Positions 1 through 10,606 of a stretch of 64,000 bases of DNA are shown here, in pieces. A program made the position numbers and the translations under genes. How positions within the stretch are numbered: position 1 is the first letter of the stretch; each line of letters begins with the position of its first letter. Origin of the DNA: a virus. The stretch covers positions 1 through 64,000 of IMG/VR virus record IMGVR_UViG_3300009183_006007. The stretch is one strand, 5' to 3'. The notes under the pieces are model-generated. The model made no database searches. It was not told the origin of the DNA and saw nothing but the letters and a program-made list of their open reading frames with translations.

Positions 1-1782
1 ATGTATATTGGGTCGATTAAACCACATAAAGCAAATAAGTGGATTATCCAAGATGATAAGATGGTTCAAAAAGAATTAAACTATAATCCTGGTTTATTAA
101 AAATATTTGATGAGATTGTCACTAACTCAGTCGATGAGAGTAAAAGAAGTGGATCCAAATTAAATACTATTAAAGTAGATATAAATAGAGAAACAAATTA
201 CATCAATATTTGGGATAATGGTGGAATACCTGTTGTTAAACATACTGAACATAAAGAGTGGATTCCAGAAATGATTTTCTCAAATCTTAAGGCTGGTTCC
301 AACTTTGATGATACCGAAGAAAGAACTGGAGCTGGGACAAATGGTGTTGGTTCTACTCTTACAAACATATATTCAAAAGAATTTACGGTAAGTACTTGTG
401 ATGGTAAGAATCATTACACACAAACTTTCTCTAATAATATGAGAAAAAGAACTACTGCTAAAATCAAAAAAAGCACTAAAGGATTTACAGAGATTAATTA
501 TTTAGTAGACTTTGATAAATTCGAGCTCAAAGGAATAGACGAAGATCATTTCAAAATGCTTGAGAAAAGAGTTTATGATATTGCTGGTTGTAATACTAAT
601 CTTAAAGTTTACTTTAATGGTAAACTAATTAACTTTAAGGCATTTGAAGATTATATTAAGTTATATACTCCGAATTTCTTTTATGAATCCAAAAAAGATA
701 AAACTTGGTCATTAGGTATCGCACTTTCTGAAAATGGATTCCAACAAGTTTCATTTGCTAACTCAACTGACACTTATGATGGTGGAACCCATGTTGAGTA
801 TGTTATGAAACAAATTCAAGTTGCTTTAATAGAGTATTTTCAGAAAAAACATAAAGTAGAAGTAAAGCCAAATGAACTAAGAAATCATATGTTTTTATTT
901 TTAGATTCTACTATAATCAATCCATCTTTTTCATCTCAAACAAAAGAAAAGTTAATTACTGAGGTAAAGGAATTTGGTTCTACATTTGAAGTTCCTACAA
1001 AGTTAATTCAATCAATTCTAAAATCTGAAATTGTAAATTCAATATTAGACTGGATTCAACAAAAGAAAAACGCAGAGGATTCAAAACTTCAAAGAGACTT
1101 AAATAAGAAACTTGGTAAGATTAAAGTTGAGAAACTTATTGATGCTAAAGGTAAAGATCGTTGGAAATGTTCTATTGGATTATTTGAAGGCGATTCAGCT
1201 ATCTCAGCTTTTAGAAAGTACAGAACTCCAGAGACTATGGGAGCTTTCGCTCTTAAAGGTAAATTTGTTAATGTATCTGAAATGACAAATCAAAAACTAG
1301 TTCAAAATGATGAGGTTGTAAATTTAATGGCGGCTATCGGTCTTAAACTAGGACAAACTATTGATTTGAAGAATCTTAGATATGGTAGAGTTCTTTTTTA
1401 TGTAGATGCTGATGTTGATGGTAATTCAATTGCAGCTCTTCTTTTAAATTTCTTTTACAAGTATTGGCCAGATATGTTCGATAGACGAATGGTTTATAAA
1501 GTTGAAACTCCAATTGTAGTAGCTATTCCAAAAGCTAAGACTAAAAAGAAAATTCTTTTCTATACACAAACTGAATACAATGTGTGGTCTGAAAAGAATG
1601 ATCTAAAACAATTTGAGATTAAGTATAAAAAAGGTTTGGCAGCTCTTGTTGATGATGAGTACCAAGATATTATAAATACACCTAGACTTACCTTGATAAC
1701 TAAAGATGATGTGTCAGATAAATCACTTGATATTTGGTTTGGCAAAAACTCTGATCTAAGAAAAACAGAATTGTTAAAGTAA
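1..1782 (+). CDS. Type II DNA topoisomerase, ATPase+TOPRIM subunit (T4 gp39+60-like); 5' end probably before the window
   Basis: MYIGS, EIVTNSVDE, GTNGVGS (GHKL), SSQTKE, EGDSA, DADVDG, YKKGL motifs. Confidence 0.93.
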   Translation: MYIGSIKPHKANKWIIQDDKMVQKELNYNPGLLKIFDEIVTNSVDESKRSGSKLNTIKVDINRETNYINIWDNGGIPVVKHTEHKEWIPEMIFSNLKAGSNFDDTEERTGAGTNGVGSTLTNIYSKEFTVSTCDGKNHYTQTFSNNMRKRTTAKIKKSTKGFTEINYLVDFDKFELKGIDEDHFKMLEKRVYDIAGCNTNLKVYFNGKLINFKAFEDYIKLYTPNFFYESKKDKTWSLGIALSENGFQQVSFANSTDTYDGGTHVEYVMKQIQVALIEYFQKKHKVEVKPNELRNHMFLFLDSTIINPSFSSQTKEKLITEVKEFGSTFEVPTKLIQSILKSEIVNSILDWIQQKKNAEDSKLQRDLNKKLGKIKVEKLIDAKGKDRWKCSIGLFEGDSAISAFRKYRTPETMGAFALKGKFVNVSEMTNQKLVQNDEVVNLMAAIGLKLGQTIDLKNLRYGRVLFYVDADVDGNSIAALLLNFFYKYWPDMFDRRMVYKVETPIVVAIPKAKTKKKILFYTQTEYNVWSEKNDLKQFEIKYKKGLAALVDDEYQDIINTPRLTLITKDDVSDKSLDIWFGKNSDLRKTELLK

Positions 1783-1784
1783 TA

Positions 1785-2498
1785 ATGAATGATCTAGAAT
1801 TATTACAGGTCTATAGCTTTGATAAAAAAGTTAGATATGGATCTAATAATGATGGTGGTTATGTAATAGCTGAACTTGATGGTGGATATGATTGTTATAT
1901 TTCTGCTGGTATATCTGACGAGGAAAGTTTCTCAAGAGATTTTATTAATGAATATAATATGAATGAATATAATAGTTTTGGTTTCGATGGAACTATAGAT
2001 AATTATCCATATCATTATACAGAAAAAATTTCATTTATAAAAAAAAATATAAATAGTTTTAACGATGATAGTAATTCTAATCTATCTTTTTATACTGAAA
2101 GATATAATAATATTTTTTTAAAAATGGATATAGAAGGAGGTGAGTATAAATGGTTATTGGAAATCGATGAAGAACAATTAAATAAATTTAAACAAATTGT
2201 AATAGAATTTCATGGAATTACTAATAATACCTGGGGTTATAACTATATCGATAAAATAAAATGTCTAGAAAAGTTATCAAAAACACATTACATTATACAC
2301 GCTCATGGTAATAATAATGATTGTGTTGTTAATAATATTCCAAATGTTATTGAGTTAACTTATGTTAATAAGAATTATTTTGATTTATCACCAGGATTTA
2401 ATACAACATCTTTGCCTATTATCAATTTAGACTTCTCAAATAAACTCAATTGTGATGATATTAATTTAAATTTTTATCCATTTGTGATGTCCAATTAA
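1785..2498 (+). CDS. FkbM/Methyltransf_22-like methyltransferase
   Basis: RYGSNNDGGY, LKMDIEGGEY, QIVIEFH, HAHGNN motifs. Confidence 0.7.
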   Translation: MNDLELLQVYSFDKKVRYGSNNDGGYVIAELDGGYDCYISAGISDEESFSRDFINEYNMNEYNSFGFDGTIDNYPYHYTEKISFIKKNINSFNDDSNSNLSFYTERYNNIFLKMDIEGGEYKWLLEIDEEQLNKFKQIVIEFHGITNNTWGYNYIDKIKCLEKLSKTHYIIHAHGNNNDCVVNNIPNVIELTYVNKNYFDLSPGFNTTSLPIINLDFSNKLNCDDINLNFYPFVMSN

Positions 2499-2504
2499 AA
2501 TCAC

Positions 2505-2512
2505 TATCTTTG
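2505..2512 (+). promoter_or_regulatory. Bacteroidota-type -7 promoter element TATCTTTG
   Basis: Matches TAnnTTTG; 5 nt before the ATG at 2518. Confidence 0.6.
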
Positions 2513-2517
2513 CTTTT

Positions 2518-2841
2518 ATGAGAGATCGTGCCTGGAGAAGATATGTCGAAGAACGTGTAGTTATTAGAAGACTACATTGGTATAGTAGTAGTGTCACTTG
2601 GAGTTGGAGAGGATTTGAAGATGTTAATAAAATATGTCATCAACATCCAAAATTTAATAGTAGTATCGGAACACAGATAAACTTTAGATTCAAGACACAC
2701 ACAACAACAAAATATGATAGTAGGTATAAAACAAAATACTCACCAAATAGAGGACCAAGATATTGGCGTGATGGTTTTAAAACTAGAGAAAACGACAAAA
2801 AAATATTCTTAAAAATATTAAAAGAAAATGGACTTAAATAG
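2518..2841 (+). CDS. Basic hypothetical protein
   Basis: ORF behind a TAnnTTTG element. Confidence 0.6.
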   Translation: MRDRAWRRYVEERVVIRRLHWYSSSVTWSWRGFEDVNKICHQHPKFNSSIGTQINFRFKTHTTTKYDSRYKTKYSPNRGPRYWRDGFKTRENDKKIFLKILKENGLK

Positions 2842-3373
2842 TTTAATACCTGATAAATTCAGACCTTTAGTTAATCCGAACTGGGTTATTAAAGGTAAAT
2901 TTCTTATGTTTAAGAAGTATGAAAATATACCTATTTGTTTTATCGAAGATGATATTGTTTATATTTTCTTAGACGCTAAGATTTCAAAACAGGTAATATT
3001 ATTAACTAAACATATTGTTGATCAAAATATTGAATTTTACTTTACTAGTCCGACTTTATCAAATCCAAAGGGTGTAGATGAAGATGATTATAAAGATTTA
3101 ATAATCAGACATTATTTATTATCATTTGTAAATAAGTTATTTTATAACGGATTCAAAAATATCGATTTTGACTTAATTAGAAATATGGTTTTGTGGTGTG
3201 AGAAAGAAGATTGTTATGAATTAATTAAAGATAATTATGATGATATACTAAAAGATGTTTCACGTAAACACTATGATTACTATGCTAATAAGGAATTTTA
3301 TGATTATGAAATTGATATCAGAGAGGAATTTCAAACTTTATATCGAGAAATACAGATAAATAAAATTCTTTAA
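2828..3373 (+). CDS. Hypothetical protein with C-terminal R-x3-I-x2-IL tag
   Basis: Ends YREIQINKIL. Confidence 0.7.
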   Translation: MDLNSLIPDKFRPLVNPNWVIKGKFLMFKKYENIPICFIEDDIVYIFLDAKISKQVILLTKHIVDQNIEFYFTSPTLSNPKGVDEDDYKDLIIRHYLLSFVNKLFYNGFKNIDFDLIRNMVLWCEKEDCYELIKDNYDDILKDVSRKHYDYYANKEFYDYEIDIREEFQTLYREIQINKIL

Positions 3374-3377
3374 TCCA

Positions 3378-3407
3378 TTCAGAACAAAAATACACACTTT
3401 CAGAACA
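3378..3407 (+). promoter_or_regulatory. Candidate LytTR-type operator: TTCAGAACA-N12-TTCAGAACA
   Basis: Perfect 9-bp direct repeats at 3378 and 3399 (21-bp period) upstream of the secreted-protein pair. Confidence 0.5.
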
Positions 3408-3545
3408 TTTTTATAAATAAAAAAATTGATATTAACATTAGTGTTTGCAATGCTAATTGGTTAACTACATATGCTCATTTGTGTGAATTTTTCAAAACTT
3501 AGTATATTTTTCTAAATATATACAGCAAATTAAAAATGTATATTT

Positions 3546-5000
3546 ATGAAAACAATCTTATCTTTATTTTTCGTTATTTTATCATTTGGTCTTTTAGCAC
3601 AAGGTGTTGCTATTAATACTGATGGTAGTAACCCGGACGCATCCGCTATTCTGGATGTCAAATCAAATTCTAAAGGTGTTTTAATACCTAGAATGACACT
3701 TTCCGAAAGATCATCAATCTCAACACCAGCAAGTGGTTTACTTGTATATCAAACTAATGGAACAAGTGGTTTTTACTTCTATGATGGAAGTGGATGGGTT
3801 AGATTAGCAACCGGTTCAGAAGTAGACCAAACCGTTTCTTTAACAGGAGGTACAGGTATTTCAGTTTCTGGAACTTACCCTAACTTTACTATTGTTAACT
3901 CAAGTCCATCAAGTGGTGGTACTTTAACAAGTGTAACCGCTGGTACTGGATTGTCAGGAGGAACTATAACTTCAACTGGGACTATTTCAATGCCTTCAGT
4001 TGGAACAGCTGGAACATATGGTTCAGCTACTCAAGTTCCTGTCCTAACTACAGATGCGCAAGGTAGAGTAACCGGTGTTACAAACACAACAATTTCTGGT
4101 GTTGTTCCTTCTGCTGGTAGTGGTGACTATATTCAAAATGGAACTTCTCAACAAACAACCGCAAATTATAATATAGATGGAAACGGAACATTAGGTGGTG
4201 ATATCAATGTTAATGGTTCCGATATTAATGGACCAGGTATAAGTGGTGGAACAAGTGGTATCTTAAGAATCAATTCAAACACAGATGTTAGAGTTGCCTT
4301 AGATAAAGACGCTAATGGTTCTCAAAGTTTTGATATTGCTCCTAATGGTGGGTCAACTGCAGTCTTTTCAGTAACTGAGGCGGGAAATGTCTCTACAGAT
4401 GGTTATGTGAGAATGAAAGAATCAGGAACAACTCCAACATTTTATACGGCTTTACAAAGTGGTGACTTAACAGGAAATTTAACACTAACTTTACCAATAA
4501 CTGCAGGTGCTTCAGGTCAATATTTAAAAACCGATGGAACTGGAGTAACTTCTTGGAGTACTTTAACTCAAAGTTCTTCAACTACTTATCAAACTGCCGC
4601 TCTTGTACCAACAACCACAACATCATCGGTTATTACAGGTTTGACAACAACTTTTACAGCTGACGCTAATCACCTTTATTATATATCAACAACAGGATGT
4701 GTTGTTGACGCTTCTGCCACAACAAATAGAAATGTCAACTCACAAGTTGGTATTTTTGTCGATGGTGTTGTATTAGCCGCGGGAACTCAAGTGGCTTGTG
4801 CTCAAAATTTAGGAACAATATCTTTATGGACTTATGGTAATTGGTCAATAAATCAGGTTATATCACTTACTGCGGGGTCACATACAATAGATGTTAGAGC
4901 AAACAGAAGGACTGATTCTAATATTGATAATCCTACAGTTGGTGGGGCATCAGGAACTGTTTGTCAAGGACAATTAACTGTTATGGTTATTTCTAAATAA
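3546..5000 (+). CDS. Signal-peptide, Gly/Thr/Ser-rich Bacteroidota-type surface or fibre-like protein
   Basis: Sec signal [19 protein letters not shown]; [31 protein letters not shown] module; fibre-like repeats ([22 protein letters not shown]). Confidence 0.7.
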   Translation: MKTILSLFFVILSFGLLAQGVAINTDGSNPDASAILDVKSNSKGVLIPRMTLSERSSISTPASGLLVYQTNGTSGFYFYDGSGWVRLATGSEVDQTVSLTGGTGISVSGTYPNFTIVNSSPSSGGTLTSVTAGTGLSGGTITSTGTISMPSVGTAGTYGSATQVPVLTTDAQGRVTGVTNTTISGVVPSAGSGDYIQNGTSQQTTANYNIDGNGTLGGDINVNGSDINGPGISGGTSGILRINSNTDVRVALDKDANGSQSFDIAPNGGSTAVFSVTEAGNVSTDGYVRMKESGTTPTFYTALQSGDLTGNLTLTLPITAGASGQYLKTDGTGVTSWSTLTQSSSTTYQTAALVPTTTTSSVITGLTTTFTADANHLYYISTTGCVVDASATTNRNVNSQVGIFVDGVVLAAGTQVACAQNLGTISLWTYGNWSINQVISLTAGSHTIDVRANRRTDSNIDNPTVGGASGTVCQGQLTVMVISK

Positions 5001-5014
5001 AATAATAAGAAAAT

Positions 5015-6397
5015 ATGAAAAAAATTTTAACAATATTATTCACATTTTTAACATTCACTCAATTACTATCACAAAATAGTTTTATAGTGAATGGTGGTTT
5101 AGATGTTGTAGCAACTGGTTCTGTTGAAATAGTTTTAAGTGATTATAACTATACTAATCAAACTGGTTCGTTATTAAATATTGGTAGTTACTTAAATTTC
5201 ACAGGAAGTACAAACCAAACAATAACTGGAACTACTCAATTTGAAAATATAAAAGTAAATAAATCAAGTGGTGAGTTACTATTAGTTGATGATATTTCAG
5301 TTTCAGGTGACGTTACTATGACAAATGGTAGTATAAATTTAAATGGTAAAATATTAGATTTAGGAACAACCGGCTCGCTTGTAAATGAAACAAATATTAA
5401 AAAAGTTTACTCAACATCATCAACATCCTATGTTAGAGTTATAAGAACAATTGGTAGTGGTGTTACAATAAACCCAGGTAATATTGGTTTATCATTAGTA
5501 ACAACAAATGCACTTGGTAGTACCGAAGTTAGAAGAAGAAATGAAATTGTTGATGTCGGATCATCAAATATGAGTATCGATAGAGTTTATTCAGTTTTCC
5601 CATCTACAAATAATGGAAGTCTTAATGCGACACTAGACGTTAACTATTTTAATTCAGAATTAAATGGATTAGATGAAAGTTCTTTAGCAACTTTCAGAAG
5701 ACCATCTATAAGTTCAGCTTGGGTAAATAAAGGTGGGACAAATATACAAACTTCAACTGGAAGTGGAACAGGTATAGTTCAAAATTTGAATTGGATGGAA
5801 TTTTCAGAAGTTACACTGGCTTTAAATGCAACTCCATTACCGATAGAACTATTAAGCTTCTCGGCTGATTGTTTCGATGGTGGTGTTAAATTAACTTGGG
5901 TAACAGCATCTGAGTTAAACTCTGACCATTTTGAAATAGAAAGATCTAGAGATGGTTTCAATTGGGATTTAGTTTTAAATAAACCTGCTGCTGGAAATAG
6001 TAATCAAGTTCTTACATATGAAGTAGATGATAAAGGAAGTAAATTGTTTGATGATATCTTATATTATAGACTTAAACAATTTGACTTTGATGGTTATTAT
6101 AAAATCTATGATGCAATTTCAATAAATTGTTTGAAAGATGTCAATAATTACATAAAAATATATCCTAACCCTAGTGATAACTTATTTAATATTATATTAA
6201 ATAATGATTTACTAATTGGAAATTCTGTAATAAAAATAACAGATGCATTGGGTAGAACAATTTATAACAATAATGTTAATGTAACTCCTGGTGTGAATTT
6301 ATTTGTTTTAGATTTAGATATTAAACCTGGTATTTATTACATATCAATTGATAATAATGGACACTCATCTGGTGTAGTTACACAAATAATAAAGTAA
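5015..6397 (+). CDS. T9SS type A sorting-domain protein
   Basis: Signal peptide; PLPIELLSF...W.TASE.N..HFEIERS.DG; YYRLKQFDFDG; IYPNP...GIY CTD. Confidence 0.85.
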   Translation: MKKILTILFTFLTFTQLLSQNSFIVNGGLDVVATGSVEIVLSDYNYTNQTGSLLNIGSYLNFTGSTNQTITGTTQFENIKVNKSSGELLLVDDISVSGDVTMTNGSINLNGKILDLGTTGSLVNETNIKKVYSTSSTSYVRVIRTIGSGVTINPGNIGLSLVTTNALGSTEVRRRNEIVDVGSSNMSIDRVYSVFPSTNNGSLNATLDVNYFNSELNGLDESSLATFRRPSISSAWVNKGGTNIQTSTGSGTGIVQNLNWMEFSEVTLALNATPLPIELLSFSADCFDGGVKLTWVTASELNSDHFEIERSRDGFNWDLVLNKPAAGNSNQVLTYEVDDKGSKLFDDILYYRLKQFDFDGYYKIYDAISINCLKDVNNYIKIYPNPSDNLFNIILNNDLLIGNSVIKITDALGRTIYNNNVNVTPGVNLFVLDLDIKPGIYYISIDNNGHSSGVVTQIIK

Positions 6398-6409
6398 TAA
6401 AAAATACTT

Positions 6410-6440
6410 AAAACCCACTCAAAACTGAGTGGGTTTTTTT
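6410..6440 (+). terminator. Intrinsic terminator
   Basis: AAACCCACTC-AAAACT-GAGTGGGTTT followed by a T tract. Confidence 0.85.
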
Positions 6441-6470
6441 ATTCAAATTAAATTGTGAAAAATGAATATT

Positions 6471-6478
6471 AATATATA
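6471..6478 (+). promoter_or_regulatory. Putative late promoter AATATATA
   Basis: Recurrent motif just upstream of tagged and structural genes. Confidence 0.65.
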
Positions 6479-6484
6479 AAACAT

Positions 6485-8011
6485 ATGAACTATATTCAAA
6501 AATATAATGAGTGGGAGAATATTTCAGAAGCTACTTTAGATGATACTAAAGAGTTAGTTGATTATGATATATCAAGAAAGGGTAGAGTTAAAATTAACTT
6601 ACTTGGTATTAGTGAGAATATAAAGTTAACTACATGTAGTTCAGTTCCCGCTGACAATGAGTTTGTAATTCAAATTAGACCTAGTTCTTTTAGATTAATT
6701 GAATTCTCAAAATTTATTGAGTTGTATAAAATAGAAGACATGAATAATATATTTGTTTATGAAACAACTTCTACTAAATATCCATATGCTGTTGTTTTAA
6801 AAGGAACAAAAACAACTATGGTTAGACAATCTAATAGGGTTGGTGGTTCTGCCAGAGGTAACTATTTTAGAGAAACCGCTTTTATAATAACACTTGCTAT
6901 TAGACTTTGGGAAAATAAAGGAGTTAAAATTGATATTTATTCCAATAGAGGAAAAATCGAAATGAATTTTGCTAAAGGAGTTGCAACTATGTCTAAGAAG
7001 GAAAGAGCTGAATTTAGAAATCAATATGATGAGTTTGTTCATGATAAGAAAATATATGATGCTATGGTTACTCAAATAGATTCTTTGATTCAATATCTTG
7101 GTGTTTCGATTTTTAATATTAAATCGGTGGTTAAGAACTCAGTAGATTTACTTATTAATAGAATAGCTAATGATTTATTAGATGATGAAGAAGACTTACA
7201 TAGTGATATTGTTAAAAGTCAACCTCAAAATATAGCTGATTTTAATACCTTTGAAATTCCTAAAGGTGTAACCTTATCAAAATGGAATCCAAGTGATATC
7301 TGGATTTTATATAAAGACGCCGATTGGACTTTAATCGAACCAAAAGGATATGATGATAATGAAATAGAGAGTCTTGAAGAATTAAATGTTTACTTACATA
7401 ATTGTATTGTAAATAAAGAAGGTATAGTTGGTGTTTCACTTAAACAACAAATAACTAATGCTGGTGGTTTATATGAAATAAATTTAGATGAGAATAGAAA
7501 GTTCTCACACGATTATAAAGGATATTATGTTAAAAACACTATAAAGTCTTCTAAGATTAAATTCTCATATGAGAAACTTGGTGGTGTAATCGGTGGTGGT
7601 GAAATAGATGTTAGAACATTTGACACTGATACTAAATCTCCAATATCTGCTGAGGTTAAAGGTTCTACAGCTTCTCAACATATGAGTGGTAAAGCCGGTT
7701 CTTATATAAAGTTTGTTATGCCTGTTGATAAATATAAAGTATTAGAATTTATCAGAAAGAATAATGTGGATGATATTAAGGAATTTGTAGAAAATAACTA
7801 TACATTCACTAAATCAGATTTGAAAGTTATTTTTGAAAAAGACTTAGAAAGTCCAAAAAATGGTCAAAGTAACTCTAGAATGCAAGCTATTATATTTACT
7901 GATTGGTTAGAAAGTTTATCTAAAAAAACTAGAAATGAAGTAGTTTCTGGTATAATTAGATATGCAAAGTCAGAATCTAATTGGTCAGCTCCTCACTTAT
8001 TGTTAAAATAA
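6485..8011 (+). CDS. Hypothetical protein with N-terminal capsid-targeting-like tag; possible PD-(D/E)xK nuclease fold
   Basis: Starts MNYIQKYNEW; KWNPSDIW...GVSLKQ. Confidence 0.55.
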   Translation: MNYIQKYNEWENISEATLDDTKELVDYDISRKGRVKINLLGISENIKLTTCSSVPADNEFVIQIRPSSFRLIEFSKFIELYKIEDMNNIFVYETTSTKYPYAVVLKGTKTTMVRQSNRVGGSARGNYFRETAFIITLAIRLWENKGVKIDIYSNRGKIEMNFAKGVATMSKKERAEFRNQYDEFVHDKKIYDAMVTQIDSLIQYLGVSIFNIKSVVKNSVDLLINRIANDLLDDEEDLHSDIVKSQPQNIADFNTFEIPKGVTLSKWNPSDIWILYKDADWTLIEPKGYDDNEIESLEELNVYLHNCIVNKEGIVGVSLKQQITNAGGLYEINLDENRKFSHDYKGYYVKNTIKSSKIKFSYEKLGGVIGGGEIDVRTFDTDTKSPISAEVKGSTASQHMSGKAGSYIKFVMPVDKYKVLEFIRKNNVDDIKEFVENNYTFTKSDLKVIFEKDLESPKNGQSNSRMQAIIFTDWLESLSKKTRNEVVSGIIRYAKSESNWSAPHLLLK

Positions 8012-8035
8012 ACTTTATTTCACTTTGTTATATAA
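8010..8035 (+). promoter_or_regulatory. Putative middle promoter AAACTT-N15-TATAA
   Basis: Recurrent bipartite motif. Confidence 0.55.
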
Positions 8036-8040
8036 TTAAC

Positions 8041-8403
8041 ATGGCAAAGAAAATGAAATCACCTACAACTACAACATCAAGTAATGGTACATTAACAACC
8101 AGTAATAGTGGTGCTACATTAACAACAAGTTATAACGGTAATATAAACTATGTTACAACTGGATATTCATCTATTTCAACAATATATCATATTTTAGGAG
8201 AAGACTTTGAGACTAGTAATTATTTAGATGGAACAACTGCTGTTATGATATCCACTTTAAATGTTTTAGGAAGACCATTCTATGAAGAATTGAAAAAGAA
8301 TAAGATATCTTTTCCACAAGAAATGGATGAATTTATTCAACAAAGACTTAAAGTTTTAGAAAGAGATCTTAAAATAGAATCTATCATAGAAAACAATTCA
8401 TAA
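8041..8403 (+). CDS. Hypothetical protein with C-terminal tag (start likely 8041, not 7981)
   Basis: ATG follows promoter motif; ends ERDLKIESIIENNS. Confidence 0.65.
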   Translation: MAKKMKSPTTTTSSNGTLTTSNSGATLTTSYNGNINYVTTGYSSISTIYHILGEDFETSNYLDGTTAVMISTLNVLGRPFYEELKKNKISFPQEMDEFIQQRLKVLERDLKIESIIENNS

Positions 8404-8418
8404 TAAATCAAAAGTTGG

Positions 8419-8445
8419 AAACTTATAGTATTATTTTATCTATAA
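8419..8445 (+). promoter_or_regulatory. Putative middle promoter AAACTT-N16-TATAA
   Basis: Recurrent bipartite motif. Confidence 0.6.
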
Positions 8446-8466
8446 AATTAAAATTAAGAAAATCCA

Positions 8467-9441
8467 ATGATATGTGATTTAATAATAGATGGGAATTATA
8501 TTTTAAGTAAAAATACATTTACCCTACATAAAAACAATTTACTTTTTGGTGCACTTCATAAGTCACTAGAAAATACAATAAACAATTATAGAAAATGGTA
8601 TCCATTTGCTAATGTTTACTTAGTATCAGACTCTAAAGAAAAATCTTGGAGAAAACAACTAACAACAAGCTACAAAGCCACCAGAAAAAAAGATTCAGAT
8701 ATTGACTGGACATTTGTTTATACTGCCTATGGTGAGTTTAAAGATTCAATGAAAGGACTTGTAAAAGTCTTAGAAGCCCCACACGTTGAGGGAGATGATT
8801 GGATTTCATTTTTGGTAACAAAAGCAAATAGAGAAGGTAGGTCAACAATTATAGTTTCAAATGACTACGATATTAAACAGATAGTAAACTATGGTTTGGA
8901 TCCTTTATTTATTAACATTATGACTAATGAAATGTATAATAGAGAGAAGTTATTTCTACCTAAAAATTATCAAATCTTTTTGAACAAAGTATCTAAACTA
9001 CCAAGTGATGATATCTTTAATCTTAATGACAATAGTGACTTTTTACTATTACTTGATAGATTTATCAACAAGTATGAAATTAACGAGATTAATCCGGTTG
9101 AATCTTTAATGGTTAAAATAATATCAGGAGATGCCTCAGATAACATTGGATCAGTTTGGTCTGTTGTTAAAAATGGTAAGAAAAGAGGGATTGGTAATAA
9201 AGGAGCTCAAAGTATTTATGATGAGTATATTTTAGAGTTTGGAGAGATAAACTTATCTGATCCAGATTTATATGAGAATATAGCTGACTTAATCTGTGAG
9301 AAAAAGAAATTGAGTAAAACTCAAATCGAATCTATTGTCGAGAATATAAAAGATAATATGAAACTGATAGATTTGAGAATGCACAATTTACCAGGTGAGA
9401 TAGTTGAAAAGATGGAAAATGGATATTCAAATATAAAATGA
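8467..9441 (+). CDS. T4 RNase H-like 5'-3' exonuclease (FEN/PIN fold)
   Basis: IIDGNY, SWRK..YKATRK, EGDDWI, SNDYD, GDASDNI. Confidence 0.85.
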   Translation: MICDLIIDGNYILSKNTFTLHKNNLLFGALHKSLENTINNYRKWYPFANVYLVSDSKEKSWRKQLTTSYKATRKKDSDIDWTFVYTAYGEFKDSMKGLVKVLEAPHVEGDDWISFLVTKANREGRSTIIVSNDYDIKQIVNYGLDPLFINIMTNEMYNREKLFLPKNYQIFLNKVSKLPSDDIFNLNDNSDFLLLLDRFINKYEINEINPVESLMVKIISGDASDNIGSVWSVVKNGKKRGIGNKGAQSIYDEYILEFGEINLSDPDLYENIADLICEKKKLSKTQIESIVENIKDNMKLIDLRMHNLPGEIVEKMENGYSNIK

Positions 9442-9442
9442 T

Positions 9443-9841
9443 ATGGTAGAATTAATAGATGTAGCAAAAGCAATATTTACTAATAAAAATAATTGGAAGA
9501 ATATATCTGATGAAGATAAGGAAAGATTTTTCTTTATCTTCAATAGATATTTTTCTAAAAAATATCCAGAAAAGTCCCAACTTTTGAATCTAAAAGTAAT
9601 AGATAAAGTATCAGCTCTTGATCTTTGGTATCATTTTATGTTAAACAAACCTTATCCAAATTGGTTTTGGTCAAAGAGTGAAAAAGCTGAAAAGTCTGAT
9701 ATCTCGGAAAAAGAATACAAACTACTTTTATTAAACTTAAAAATAAAAGATATAGACTTGGACTACTTAATAGAACACCACATAGAATTTATTAAAGAAG
9801 AATTAAAGTATTATAAAGATTTAGATAAAAACAATAAATAA
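9443..9841 (+). CDS. Hypothetical protein, possibly clamp-loader small subunit (gp62-like)
   Basis: FIFNRYFS...WFWSK pattern; size and position next to rnh. Confidence 0.35.
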   Translation: MVELIDVAKAIFTNKNNWKNISDEDKERFFFIFNRYFSKKYPEKSQLLNLKVIDKVSALDLWYHFMLNKPYPNWFWSKSEKAEKSDISEKEYKLLLLNLKIKDIDLDYLIEHHIEFIKEELKYYKDLDKNNK

Positions 9842-9851
9842 AACAAACAAT

Positions 9852-10415
9852 ATGAGCATAACAATTGAAAAACAAACAACAAGTATGAAATGGTATATCG
9901 TTAGAGCACAATCTAATAGAGAGAGATCAGTATCTGAAAGAATTATGAAAGAAGCTGAAAAAGGAGACTTAATGAATAAAGTAGGTCAAGTAGTAGTTCC
10001 TATTGAAAAAAGTTTCTTTATGAAAAATGGTAAGAAAGTTGTTAGAGAAAAAGTAATGTACCCTGGGTATATCTTTGTAGAAACTAATGCAATTGGTGAA
10101 TTAAAATACTTCATCAAAGGATGTAACGGAGCTAGTGGTTTCTTAACCAACAGAGCTGGTGATATTCAAGCACTACAACAAATTGAAATCGACAGAATGT
10201 TGGGTATCCAAAAAGAAGCTGAAGAAAAAGAAATCGAAACAACTTTTGTTTATGATGAAGAAATCAAAATCATTGATGGACCATTTAATGGATTCGTTGG
10301 AACAATTGAAGAAATTAAAGAAAAAGAACAAAAAGTTAAAGTTGGTGTCTTAGTCTTTGGAAGAAAAACACTTATGGAACTTAGCATCAATCAAATTGAT
10401 AAAAAGACAAACTAA
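9852..10415 (+). CDS. nusG: Transcription elongation factor NusG
   Basis: WYIVRAQSNRE, YPGYIFVE, KOW IIDGPFNGFVG, VFGRKT. Confidence 0.92.
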   Translation: MSITIEKQTTSMKWYIVRAQSNRERSVSERIMKEAEKGDLMNKVGQVVVPIEKSFFMKNGKKVVREKVMYPGYIFVETNAIGELKYFIKGCNGASGFLTNRAGDIQALQQIEIDRMLGIQKEAEEKEIETTFVYDEEIKIIDGPFNGFVGTIEEIKEKEQKVKVGVLVFGRKTLMELSINQIDKKTN

Positions 10416-10417
10416 AA

Positions 10418-10606
10418 TTGGATAACAAGGATATATATAAGAAGATATTAGAAGCTTCTAATATCATTGCTCAATCAAGTAGAAGGTCTTCAGCTAATTA
10501 TATGGTAACATCACCTGATGTTGCTGATATGATACAAGATATTTATAATCAAAAAAAGTCTCGTTGGAGAAAAGAAAAGATTAAAAAACTATTTCCTGAT
10601 GAGTAA
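10418..10606 (+). CDS. Mini-protein: major-capsid-like segment plus C-terminal tag
   Basis: KILEASNIIAQSSRRSSANYMVTSPDVA; ends WRKEKIKKLFPDE; TTG start. Confidence 0.6.
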   Translation: MDNKDIYKKILEASNIIAQSSRRSSANYMVTSPDVADMIQDIYNQKKSRWRKEKIKKLFPDE

